A DNA stretch of 55,907 nucleotides, taken from Promethearchaeota archaeon (GTDB taxonomy: Archaea > Asgardarchaeota > Lokiarchaeia > Sigyniarchaeales > SOKP01). Made by a program: the position numbers and the translations under genes. Each line of letters opens with the position of its first letter. Positions within the stretch are counted from its first letter, which is position 1. This document shows, one piece after another, positions 39,024-48,608 of the stretch. Location: positions 1 to 55,907 of the forward strand of contig JBHLNT010000010.1 in the NCBI GenBank assembly GCA_048941265.1, read 5' to 3'. The notes under the pieces were generated by a model. The model did no database searches. It saw only the letters and a list, made by a program, of their open reading frames with translations, and was not told the origin of the DNA.

Positions 39024-41927
39024 TTAAAAGCTGATACCTTTCCTTCGAGCTATATATTTTACTATTTCGAAGGAAACAATGCAAATTAACGATACTAAAA
39101 AGCAAACTAACCAGTCCAAAGCCGTTAGATACATGAACATAAAATTAATGCCAGCTAAAGCTAAAGATATTTGAACTCCTGGAACATACATCAATGCGAG
39201 AAATATTCCAAATAACAACCCGATTATGATGTACATAAATTTACTGCTATCTTCAATAAAAGCTTTGATCACGGACTTATTTGGGCGCCTGATTTGAAAT
39301 ATAAGAAAACTTTCGCAAAAGAATAGGGTGACCATGAGCATTGTTAAAGCCTTTGCTATTTGCAAATTCATATTAGGTGTCAAATCCTTTGTTTCTGGGC
39401 TATAAAGATACCCGTCATTGAATGAACCGAAGTTATGGTTCTCAGGAAATACAGGATATACCCCTGTTAAAACCATAAAGTATGTTATAACCATGCATAG
39501 GGCGAGTAATCCCCCGAAGCAAAACATTAAGATGATAGTATTTCGGGAAAGAATCTCTTCTGAATCGCGCGGTTTTTCCTTCATTACATCTTCAGAAATT
39601 ATATCAAATGTTAATATTAACCCTGGAAATGCATGAAGGGTAATAGATAGAAATATCCATTGCCAATAGTATTCTTCATCTAAGAAATACGGTAAATCTA
39701 AGATCACAGCTAAAAGAAATTGTACTACTCCCTCAAAAAGATTTATACATATATAGAAAAAGACAACCGCACGGATTTTAGCGAAAATACCCCGCCCTTG
39801 GTGAATCCCCTTTACGATCGAATTAAATGAATCATCAGATATTACCATGTCAGAGGCTTCTTTTGCTACGTCAGTACCCTGAATACCCATTGCTATACCA
39901 GCATCTGCCATATTTAATGCTAGAGCATCATTAACCCCATCTCCGGTCATAGCAACTACTTTTTTTTCTGCCTGGTATCTTTCGATGATCTCCTGTTTAT
40001 GTTGGGGTGAAACCCTTGCAAAAACTTTAATTTGACTAAACTCATCAAAAGTTTTAAAATTCTTTATCTCATTTCCCTCAATTGCGAGATCGTCCTCATC
40101 AGATACAATAGATATCTGTTTTGCAATTGCCTTAGCTGTAGTTGGTGAATCCCCCGTAATCATTACTACTTTAACTCCTGCATTATGGCATTGCTCTACG
40201 GATTCCTTAACTCCCTCTCGGGGAGGATCTAAGATAGTAACAAATCCTATATACACTAAATTCGATTCACATAAGTCTCGGTTATTTTCTAAATCATGAG
40301 GTAGTTCTGTCATTTCTTTATAGCACAAGCTCAATATCCTATAACCTTGTTTAGCAAATAGATCTACATTATGTATGACTTTTTCTTTTAAATCCGGGGT
40401 AAGATCTTTTATAGTGCCATCTTTAGAGAGTATTTTAGAGCATAATGGTAATAGAATTTCACTTGCTCCCTTTGTAAAGGAATAGAATAAGGAGTCTCTC
40501 TTAAATACTTTAGACATTCTTTTAACCGATGAGTCAAACGGAAATTCCCTAATTGGTTCAAAATTTTCTATAATATAATCTCCCATCCCTTTTTGAAATA
40601 GGACCATTAATGCTCCTTCCGTAGGTGAGCCAATCACATTCCAATTATAAACGATTTTTCCATCTGTAGTTATTTCGTTTTTCACAAGAGCAGAATTATT
40701 ATTTAGAAATCCCGTAATTAATAATTGTTTTAATTGAGGATATTCATCAATATGAGAAACTAAAACCACGTTCTTAGGATCATTAATTAGAAAAATATCT
40801 CCTTCAGGGTCATAACCCGTTCCAGAAACTCTAAAAGTGGAACCATCAACCCATACATACTCAATACTCATTTGATTTTTAGTTAAAGTACCCGTTTTAT
40901 CGCTACAAACGACACTAGTTCGTCCTAAACTATCAACTGAAGCTAGATTTCGGATGATAACTCCATGTCGAGCCATCGCTAAAACTCCAGTAATTAAAAC
41001 TACAGTTGTCAACAATGGAATATTAATAGGCATAATATCCATAGCAGAATTCAGACTTTTTACGATATCTAACCTTGTAAATCCGCTTGCCACCCATATT
41101 ATCATTAGTGTAATAAACCAGAAAACTAATACTGCCAATCCTAACCATTTGCCAAAATTATTCATTTTTTTTCTTATAGGAATTTCACTTGTTCCAGCCT
41201 CTTCTAATCCTTGAGAAATTTTTCCAATTTCAGTGTTCCCTCCTGTGCTTACTGTTATTGCTGTACCATTTCCAGTGGTTATGTAAGTTCCATAAAAGAC
41301 CATATTTTTTCGACTTCCAATCGGAATTTCTTGTTCTTTCATAGCCACTCCTTTTTCAAACTTTTTAACAGGTTCACTTTCTCCAGTTAGAGATGCTTCA
41401 TTAACTTCAAGATTTGTGGATTGAATAATTCTTCCATCGGCCGGGATTTTATCTCCCTGACTTAACACCAATACATCTCCTGGTACGACTTTTTTGGTGG
41501 GAATATCTACTTTAGCACCATTTCTTATAACTGTGGTCGCCGGTGCGGATAGCTCCCTCAAGGCTTTCAATTTCTTTGTGGCTCTAAATTGCTGAAAAAT
41601 AGCTATAAAACAATTAATTGCTACAATTCCTAATGTTGAGACTATAAACGTTAAATTTCCTCCTAAACCATAAATTGATGCTAAGAAAATAACTAAAGCT
41701 CCAATTAGGTAAATCACGATAAGCCAATTAAAAAGTGGAGCGAGATAAATTTTGATAAATCCCTTTGAGACCTTAGGAATTTCATTGATTCCATACTTTT
41801 CTAATCGAACTTCCGCATCTTCAATATTTAACCCATCTTTAGGATTGGTTTGAAATTTCTCATAAATATCATTTAATTCCCATGAATAATAACTCTCATC
41901 TATTGGTTCAATTTCCGTGACTGTCAT
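39024..41927 (-). CDS. P-type ATPase, P2A-like scaffold with non-canonical transport site (M4 PINIP)
   Basis: LTGES, CSDKTGTLT, KGASE, DPPR, ITGD, MTGDGVNDA; about 10 TM segments. Confidence 0.92.
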   Translation of the reverse strand: MTVTEIEPIDESYYSWELNDIYEKFQTNPKDGLNIEDAEVRLEKYGINEIPKVSKGFIKIYLAPLFNWLIVIYLIGALVIFLASIYGLGGNLTFIVSTLGIVAINCFIAIFQQFRATKKLKALRELSAPATTVIRNGAKVDIPTKKVVPGDVLVLSQGDKIPADGRIIQSTNLEVNEASLTGESEPVKKFEKGVAMKEQEIPIGSRKNMVFYGTYITTGNGTAITVSTGGNTEIGKISQGLEEAGTSEIPIRKKMNNFGKWLGLAVLVFWFITLMIIWVASGFTRLDIVKSLNSAMDIMPINIPLLTTVVLITGVLAMARHGVIIRNLASVDSLGRTSVVCSDKTGTLTKNQMSIEYVWVDGSTFRVSGTGYDPEGDIFLINDPKNVVLVSHIDEYPQLKQLLITGFLNNNSALVKNEITTDGKIVYNWNVIGSPTEGALMVLFQKGMGDYIIENFEPIREFPFDSSVKRMSKVFKRDSLFYSFTKGASEILLPLCSKILSKDGTIKDLTPDLKEKVIHNVDLFAKQGYRILSLCYKEMTELPHDLENNRDLCESNLVYIGFVTILDPPREGVKESVEQCHNAGVKVVMITGDSPTTAKAIAKQISIVSDEDDLAIEGNEIKNFKTFDEFSQIKVFARVSPQHKQEIIERYQAEKKVVAMTGDGVNDALALNMADAGIAMGIQGTDVAKEASDMVISDDSFNSIVKGIHQGRGIFAKIRAVVFFYICINLFEGVVQFLLAVILDLPYFLDEEYYWQWIFLSITLHAFPGLILTFDIISEDVMKEKPRDSEEILSRNTIILMFCFGGLLALCMVITYFMVLTGVYPVFPENHNFGSFNDGYLYSPETKDLTPNMNLQIAKALTMLMVTLFFCESFLIFQIRRPNKSVIKAFIEDSSKFMYIIIGLLFGIFLALMYVPGVQISLALAGINFMFMYLTALDWLVCFLVSLICIVSFEIVKYIARRKGISF

Positions 41928-42018
41928 TAGAAGTTCTAATAGCTCCTATGATATACTTTTTCTAAAAATTATAATTAATTATAATAAAACTAATAATAAT
42001 AATCATTTTTAATTTATT

Positions 42019-44895
42019 CTAAAAGAATATATTTCTTCTTCGAGCATAATATTTAAAAAATTCAATTCCAAAAATACCTGGTAGGGCGAGTAATATGCAA
42101 ATTAACCAATCTGTAGCCGAAAGGAATAAAAAGTTAATTTGAAAATTAAGCTTTAATTCATCGTTTATTAGACTATTTAATTCATATGAATTACAAATAA
42201 CATATATATGAAATAACATCGTTATTGTGCAAATAATTAATAAAGTATAGGAGAAATCCTCATCTCTTAAGCTTTTAATTAATGACTTATTCGGCCTACG
42301 CATTGTCCAAATAAAGAAAGATTCTTCAATATATAAGGTAGTTATGAACATCGTTCTCGCTTTCATTGCTTCTAACTCTTCATAAGACGTACCTTTTGGA
42401 ATATAACTCAACTTAAAATATTCATTTGTATTCCAACCATTTAACGGGATGATCCCTTTTCGTGTTAACTCAATCGCTAATACAATCCCTATTCCCATTA
42501 AAAATGCCTGTATTAACAATAATACCCACATACTTTTGCTCAATAATTCCTCCTCATTTCTTGGAGGCTCATTCATAATATCTTTAGGTTGTGTATCTAT
42601 GACTAATGCTAATGAAGGAAGGGAGTGTACGATGCCAAAAATATATATATGTTGCCAATTTGAACTGAATAAAACAAAGGGTTCGAATTCGTAACCAAAA
42701 AATATTGTTGCTTCCATAATATTAAGACAAATGAAAAAGAAGATAATTGTTCTAATTTTAGAAAACAAACCCCTTCCTATTTCCACACCCTTTTCTATAG
42801 ATACAAAATTATCGTCAGATATAACCATATCTGCCGTTTCTTTGGCAACATCGGTCCCAGTGATACCCATGGCAATTCCTGCGTTCGCCATTTTTAATGC
42901 CAATGCATCGTTAATTCCATCGCCCGTCATCGCAACAATTTTATTTTCATTCTGATAATTCCTTACAATTATTTCTTTATCAGAAGGTGCAACACGGGCA
43001 AATACAGATACGTTTTTAAAGCCACTATTTGTTAAATCCTTAATTTTATTTCCTTCTACTACAAGATCACCCTCTTTATAAATTCTCATTTGAGAAGCAA
43101 TAGTTTTTGCTGTTGCCGGATGATCTCCGGTAATCATTATCACTTTTATTCCGGCAGCCTGACATTCTTCAACCGATTCCCTTACCCCTAATCGAGGGGG
43201 ATCGATAATTGATACAAAACCTAAGTAAATAAGATCTTCTTCTATTTCTTCTCTAATTGGTTTATCCACTTCTATTATCTTTCTATAAGCAATCGCTAAA
43301 GTCCTATAACCTTGGATCGCACGTCTATAAATTTTATTTGAAATTTCTTTTTTCAGTTTATTATTAAATGGCTTAATTTTCCCGTTAATCTCAATCTGAG
43401 AAGAAATATTTATAATCCTTTCGGGAGCCCCCTTCGCAAAGGCATATATTTCTTTTTCATTTTCGACCGAACTGCATATTGTAGTCATCCTTTTAAATTC
43501 AGAACTAAATGAAAATTCAACTAAGATATTGTATTTATTTTGAATATCATATGGGATATAGCCCGCTTTTTCTGCTAATACTAACAAGGCAGCTTCTGTC
43601 GGTGAACCTATTGCTCTTCTTACTGCCATTTCTTTCATCACACCTACGCTAACTTTTACATCTTCATAGGTGAGTTTGGCATTGTTATTTACAACAATAG
43701 AATCAATGAATTTTTGAAAGGTTGGACTTTCATTTAAATTAATTGCTTGTCCATTCTTTATTATTTCTCCTGGCTCATCATAACCTGCTCCAGTAACGTT
43801 ATATTCTATATTATTTATTTCGAATTTTTCTACTGACATCTCATTTTTCGTAATCGTTCCTGTTTTATCTGAGCATATCACAGAAACCCGTCCAAGAGAT
43901 TCAATAGCTGATAAATTTTTAATTATGACACCATTCTGAGCCATATTAAGGACCCCAGTTATTAAAACTAACGTCGCTAAGAGAGGCAAATTAATAGGTA
44001 CAACATTCATAGCCCTTAATATTGAATTAACGAGCGCGTTGCTGATTTCTTTTTCAACAAATTTGTTTTGTGCAATTAAAATGGAAAATTTATAGGTAAT
44101 TAAAATGATTAAATTTATTATTACTACTGTTCCTAAAATATATCCTAATCGATTCAATTTATGGGTTAAAGGAATATCTTCGATGCTTCCCATTTCATTT
44201 AATTGACTTGATATTTTTCCAATTTCAGTGTTTAAACCTGTGCCGGTTACCAATATTTTAGCCCTTCCAGTATTTACATAAGTGCCCATAAATACCATAT
44301 TATACTGTTCTTGTATTGGTAAATTGTCAGTCTCTTCAATAGTTTGATTATGTTTTACTACAGGTTCACTTTCGCCGGTTAATGGAGCTTCGTCGATGGT
44401 GAGATTGGTATATTCTATTATTCTACCATCAGCAGATACTTTATCCCCTTCTTTCAATATTACTATATCTCCTGGTATTAACTCTCGAGTAGGAATTTCA
44501 AATTCAAATCCATCCCTTAAAACCGCTGTTTTCAAGGCAGCTATCCGCTGTAGCGACTCCAAAGCCTTTTGAGCCCTATACTGTTGACTAATTGCGGTTG
44601 CCGAGTTTATAAGAACAACAGTAAAAGTGATAATTGTTGCCTCTGGTTGCCCTAAAATAATAATTATTACTCCTGTTATCATCAATAACAGGATCAGAAA
44701 ATTAAACAAAGGAGCCAAATAAATTCTCCATAAAGATTTCTTGATCTTTGGAAGTTCATTGTACCCAAATTGTAGATATTTTTCCTCCAATTGTTCAGAT
44801 TTTAAACCATTATTGAAATCAGTATTAAATTCTGAAATTAATTCATTTATGGGTTGATAATAATAGCTCTTCTTTAATTCATGTTCTTGTGTCAT
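42019..44895 (-). CDS. P-type ATPase, P2A-like scaffold with non-canonical transport site (M4 PINLP); tandem paralogue
   Basis: LTGES, CSDKTGTIT, KGAPE, DPPR, ITGD, MTGDGINDA; about 10 TM segments. Confidence 0.92.
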   Translation of the reverse strand: MTQEHELKKSYYYQPINELISEFNTDFNNGLKSEQLEEKYLQFGYNELPKIKKSLWRIYLAPLFNFLILLLMITGVIIIILGQPEATIITFTVVLINSATAISQQYRAQKALESLQRIAALKTAVLRDGFEFEIPTRELIPGDIVILKEGDKVSADGRIIEYTNLTIDEAPLTGESEPVVKHNQTIEETDNLPIQEQYNMVFMGTYVNTGRAKILVTGTGLNTEIGKISSQLNEMGSIEDIPLTHKLNRLGYILGTVVIINLIILITYKFSILIAQNKFVEKEISNALVNSILRAMNVVPINLPLLATLVLITGVLNMAQNGVIIKNLSAIESLGRVSVICSDKTGTITKNEMSVEKFEINNIEYNVTGAGYDEPGEIIKNGQAINLNESPTFQKFIDSIVVNNNAKLTYEDVKVSVGVMKEMAVRRAIGSPTEAALLVLAEKAGYIPYDIQNKYNILVEFSFSSEFKRMTTICSSVENEKEIYAFAKGAPERIINISSQIEINGKIKPFNNKLKKEISNKIYRRAIQGYRTLAIAYRKIIEVDKPIREEIEEDLIYLGFVSIIDPPRLGVRESVEECQAAGIKVIMITGDHPATAKTIASQMRIYKEGDLVVEGNKIKDLTNSGFKNVSVFARVAPSDKEIIVRNYQNENKIVAMTGDGINDALALKMANAGIAMGITGTDVAKETADMVISDDNFVSIEKGVEIGRGLFSKIRTIIFFFICLNIMEATIFFGYEFEPFVLFSSNWQHIYIFGIVHSLPSLALVIDTQPKDIMNEPPRNEEELLSKSMWVLLLIQAFLMGIGIVLAIELTRKGIIPLNGWNTNEYFKLSYIPKGTSYEELEAMKARTMFITTLYIEESFFIWTMRRPNKSLIKSLRDEDFSYTLLIICTITMLFHIYVICNSYELNSLINDELKLNFQINFLFLSATDWLICILLALPGIFGIEFFKYYARRRNIFF

Positions 44896-45024
44896 TGCAA
44901 AAATTTAGAAAAAATATGACTAACTCAAATTATAATTATTTAATGAATTAATGGTTTATAATCATTTATTTTCCATAATTTTTGACTTTTTTATACAAAT
45001 AAATAGTCATTAATGAAAAGAAAT

Positions 45025-45981
45025 TTAGTCCTGTTGCTTAGGAGGCCCCAATATTTCTTTTAATATATGAAATTTTTTTCTTATTGTTGTGCTTGAAAAT
45101 TTTGTAGCCTCCTCAATTAAGCTTTGCGTAAATATCTTATTATTCTCTAAGCATTGCCCCACATAATAAATAAGTCCCGCAGTAAAGGCTTTATAATTTA
45201 GATTTTTTAAATGATTATAAGAAATTTCATTAAGTAATCCATCAGTAATTAATTGCATTTCAACCTGCAATTTATTGTATTCACCTTTACTAGGGATATG
45301 AAGTTTCACTTTCTCATATGGAATATTATGTAAATCCTTTCCAAAAAGTATCTTTATTCTATTTTTAATTTCTTTTTCTATATCGTTAGTAGTTTTAAAC
45401 TTTTTCCACATCTTCTCCGATTTTTTTACTTTCAACATCGCGTTATTTAGCATCTTCTTGTTTATTTTATGTCCTAGTTCATTAGAGATTTCTATAAAAC
45501 GCTCTATTCTAATATTAGTCGTATCTTTTATTTCCATCCATATTACTGCCAAAAATATAATGACCATGTTTTGATAGGACTTTCTGTGATTCCTATTATA
45601 CTTGAGATATCTCTTTTTTATTGCCCCATATTTGGCTGTATCGATGTTAATTCCATAGCTCTTCAAAAATTCTATGGTTTTTCGCTGCTCTGTGAAACTA
45701 GTTTGATAATCGCGGTACCATTTTTCTAGGGTTTGTATTCGATCATATTGTTGCTTAATTAACGGATCTTGCTTGGCTTTTGAATCTCTCACTCTAATAT
45801 TTCGTTCATAATCTAATTGACTTTCTTTATAATGATCATCTATTGGAATGGTATCAACGAAATCAATGTTATCTTCTAATACAATGCCACAATCTTGGCA
45901 TACGAGATATCCAGAATCCCGTTTCACGTTTTTGTGCTCACATTTGGAGACCTCTTGATTTCCGTGGTTAAGATTCGTCAA
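45025..45981 (-). CDS. Highly divergent TFB/TFIIB-like protein
   Basis: Zn ribbon CEH...LVCQDCGIVL; C-terminal cyclin/HTH-like segment AGLIYY...FTQSLIEEATKFSSTTIRK. TTG start. Confidence 0.7.
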   Translation of the reverse strand: MTNLNHGNQEVSKCEHKNVKRDSGYLVCQDCGIVLEDNIDFVDTIPIDDHYKESQLDYERNIRVRDSKAKQDPLIKQQYDRIQTLEKWYRDYQTSFTEQRKTIEFLKSYGINIDTAKYGAIKKRYLKYNRNHRKSYQNMVIIFLAVIWMEIKDTTNIRIERFIEISNELGHKINKKMLNNAMLKVKKSEKMWKKFKTTNDIEKEIKNRIKILFGKDLHNIPYEKVKLHIPSKGEYNKLQVEMQLITDGLLNEISYNHLKNLNYKAFTAGLIYYVGQCLENNKIFTQSLIEEATKFSSTTIRKKFHILKEILGPPKQQD

Positions 45982-46149
45982 TAAAAATTAGCCCGTTGAA
46001 ATTTCAATAAGAATGGATTGATGAATTAAAACATAAATTCATATAAAAATCTTTTATTAAGATTTTATAAAAAGCTTTTTTATTATAAGAAATCAAATAT
46101 AAATATATTAATTTTAATTTAATTTCAAGTTGAAAATGTGATTTAAAAA

Positions 46150-46716
46150 ATGGAATATAAAGCGATCAAGAAGTGGGTAACAGGTTTTGGCTTTATTTTT
46201 ATTATTTGTTCCATAATTGAATTAATTAACACTTTTCTACTTCTTAACACTCAAGTGAAATTTAAAGGAAAAACATATACAGTGCAAGAATTGTTTTTTA
46301 GTTCAGGAAGAATGCCACCTACGACTCCATATATATTTGTCTTCTTAATCTGTTCCATTTGCTGTTTTTTAATTTTTGGATTCTTGCTAATTAATATTGT
46401 ATCGAAAGATATTGATTTTAGGTTAATGGCAAAGTATTTACTTGTTCTTGGAGTTTTAACCTTGCTCTTCTCATATATTAAAATGGGGTATATCACTTAT
46501 ATAGAACGAGGTAGAATGCACCTTAACGGGGATACAATTACATTTGGTTATTTTGTGTGGAAATATAATACTTCAGTTATCGGTCCATACTCCCTTCTTA
46601 TAGTTTGGACGTTTTATACTGCAACTGTGTGTGCCTATTTAATAATTGGCTTAGTATTATCCGGGGGAGGCCTAAGTTGGATATTAGAGCTTGAAAAACA
46701 ACAACCCAAAGATTAG
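46150..46716 (+). CDS. Membrane protein of unknown function, about 4 TM helices
   Basis: Four hydrophobic segments. Confidence 0.72.
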   Translation: MEYKAIKKWVTGFGFIFIICSIIELINTFLLLNTQVKFKGKTYTVQELFFSSGRMPPTTPYIFVFLICSICCFLIFGFLLINIVSKDIDFRLMAKYLLVLGVLTLLFSYIKMGYITYIERGRMHLNGDTITFGYFVWKYNTSVIGPYSLLIVWTFYTATVCAYLIIGLVLSGGGLSWILELEKQQPKD

Positions 46717-46775
46717 AAATCTAAAAAATAAAATTGAATTTATTACAATTTGCTTTTTATTCCCTTCACTCTTTT

Positions 46776-47648
46776 TCATTTTGCATTTAACGTCCAGGTC
46801 TCTCGTGTTTTCTTCCTGCCTTTCAATTCTTCGAGCTTAGACCTAGGAATTTTGGCGAGCATTCTTCTTGAGCTTACTTGGGCGGGGGGGACCTCAATTT
46901 TCTTATAGATCTCAAAACCACAGTTCGCAAAAAAAGCTTTTGCTGATTCAAAACTCTCAAATTTATTTTCCTCTACGTGATGTTTAGATACAAATTCTGT
47001 TCCCTGATCATCAAATATCGTGAGTGCAGATTGCCCATTCTTTTTTATATAAATATCTGCTGTTACCCAATTTCCACCTCGATTACTCAATATCTTATGG
47101 ATTATTGTACATAACTTTTTTTTTTGCTCTTGCTCTAGATAAACTAATAATCCTTCATTAACAATTGCTACAGGACCAGGAGGAAAAAGATCAATGATTT
47201 CAGTAAAAGTATTTTCATCTAATACATTTAAGTCTTGTATGAATAGATTGTCTATAGGATAATTACAATATTTATTGGCTAATTCTTGCACTATTTTTTT
47301 TTTATTTTCTATTAATTGAGGAAGATCAGTATCGATATAATGAATCTCGGGATTTTTACATTGGCTTAGCCCGCGAAAAGAGAAACCCGAAGAAAATTCG
47401 AGAATATTTTTTATCCCTAATTTAGACAGAGCTTCATCTATCGACCAATACCTGGTTTCGAAATGAATACATCTCAATATAAATCTATTTGAGTTTAATT
47501 TTTCTTGAGTAAATTGCGGGGGATTCTCATTCCAAAGTATATCAACAGCCTCTTTTGCAAAAGGAATAGTGGTAAGCGATTTGGTTAATAATAATGATCT
47601 GGCAGAGGGACTGATTGAATCAAATGTGGAGTTAAATGAACTTTTCAT
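46776..47648 (-). CDS. Class I SAM-dependent methyltransferase (leucine carboxyl methyltransferase/TcmP-like)
   Basis: RYWSID, ILEFSSGFSFRG, YIDTDLP, DL, VNEGLLVYL. Confidence 0.78.
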   Translation of the reverse strand: MKSSFNSTFDSISPSARSLLLTKSLTTIPFAKEAVDILWNENPPQFTQEKLNSNRFILRCIHFETRYWSIDEALSKLGIKNILEFSSGFSFRGLSQCKNPEIHYIDTDLPQLIENKKKIVQELANKYCNYPIDNLFIQDLNVLDENTFTEIIDLFPPGPVAIVNEGLLVYLEQEQKKKLCTIIHKILSNRGGNWVTADIYIKKNGQSALTIFDDQGTEFVSKHHVEENKFESFESAKAFFANCGFEIYKKIEVPPAQVSSRRMLAKIPRSKLEELKGRKKTRETWTLNAK

Positions 47649-47750
47649 TATAGGATCAAATAAATAAAATAAGGAATTAGATTAAAATTTGTTTGGCAAA
47701 AATCAAAAAAAAATTCTAAAAAAAAGAGAGAAGTTAAAACTATATAATTC

Positions 47751-47808
47751 AAAAAGTACGCTATGGTACCTTAGCAGGTTCTGCTAATCCTCTCTCTTTA
47801 GAGGATTA
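47751..47808 (-). terminator. Three chained hairpins followed by a U-tract at the 3' end of the coiled-coil gene
   Basis: Minus strand: TAATCCTCT-aaagag-AGAGGATTA, TTAGCAG-aac-CTGCTAA, AAGGTAC-catagc-GTACTTT, ending in a T5 run. Confidence 0.55.
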
Positions 47809-48147
47809 AAGTGCACTCATTTTCTTCAAATCGACCATTTTTTTGGCAATAATATCCTTAATTTGATTAAGAACCGTATTAATTAGCATCAAAGACTCTA
47901 CATTTTTTAGTATCTTGAGATTGTTGACATCGATTTTGTTGATACCTGAATCTAGGTTATCTAAAATTTCATTGATTGAATAGATAAGAAGGGAAATCTG
48001 CTCTTTTTCAGCGTACATCAATTTATGCTGTAAATCAATCCTATCTTGCATTTTTCTATAGGAAGTCTTAAATGCTACCAATGTGTCCTCAGATTTTTTT
48101 AACTTTTCCTTTAACTCCTTTATCTCCTGGTGGAAATTTACCGACAT
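47806..48147 (-). CDS. Small coiled-coil hypothetical protein
   Basis: 113 aa, helical with heptad-like pattern (IKELKEKLKKSEDTL); GAGTGA upstream. Confidence 0.68.
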   Translation of the reverse strand: MSVNFHQEIKELKEKLKKSEDTLVAFKTSYRKMQDRIDLQHKLMYAEKEQISLLIYSINEILDNLDSGINKIDVNNLKILKNVESLMLINTVLNQIKDIIAKKMVDLKKMSAL

Positions 48148-48315
48148 CGTCCTTCTTCACTCACTATCATTCATGCTGAATTATATTAGAAGCTCAAATA
48201 AAAGAATTATTCTAACTTCAAGAACAATTACATATCAATCCCATAATAATTCGAAATTCTAGATAAAAACCCTACTAAAAAATCCTAAGATCTTTTCATA
48301 TGTAGTAAAAGAGCT

Positions 48316-48350
48316 TATATTTAAACTTTAGTCGACATATTTCAATCGAC
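48316..48350 (-). promoter_or_regulatory. TATA box with adjacent inverted-repeat candidate operator
   Basis: Minus-strand TTTAAATATA at 48316-48325; GTCGA-N10-TCGAC at 48331-48350. Confidence 0.4.
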
Positions 48351-48608
48351 GGGTGGCACTATAGTCGGAATTCGATAGCAAATTTAGGCATAGATCAAAT
48401 AAATATAAATATAAAAACAATAATTTTTTCTTTCTAAATTGCGTAGATCACAGCTATTTTGGCTAAACCTTTATATTAACTTTTGTTCTGTTTAGCTTTA
48501 AATCTTAACTATTTAAATTCTGGAATAGTTAAAGAATTATTTAAAAAACAATTTTCAAAATAAAGAGTTAGATAATATTAATCTCCTCAGCTAAATTTGC
48601 GAGGAAAT

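Noticed and set aside
46150-46716. Membrane protein as a CDC50-like beta-subunit for the atypical ATPases
   Set aside because: It has about 4 TM helices and no large ectodomain, unlike two-TM CDC50, and lies on the opposite strand.
48145-48174. In-frame ATG AAT GAT AGT GAG TGA upstream of the coiled-coil gene as possible selenocysteine read-through
   Set aside because: GAGTGA is better explained as the RBS, and there is no redox motif. TGA-ending genes elsewhere (e.g. sdhA at 11800) end at normal family termini.
48584-48605. Bulged hairpin after the tfb stop (TCCTC...GAGGA)
   Set aside because: Short and imperfect; may be chance or an ordinary terminator.
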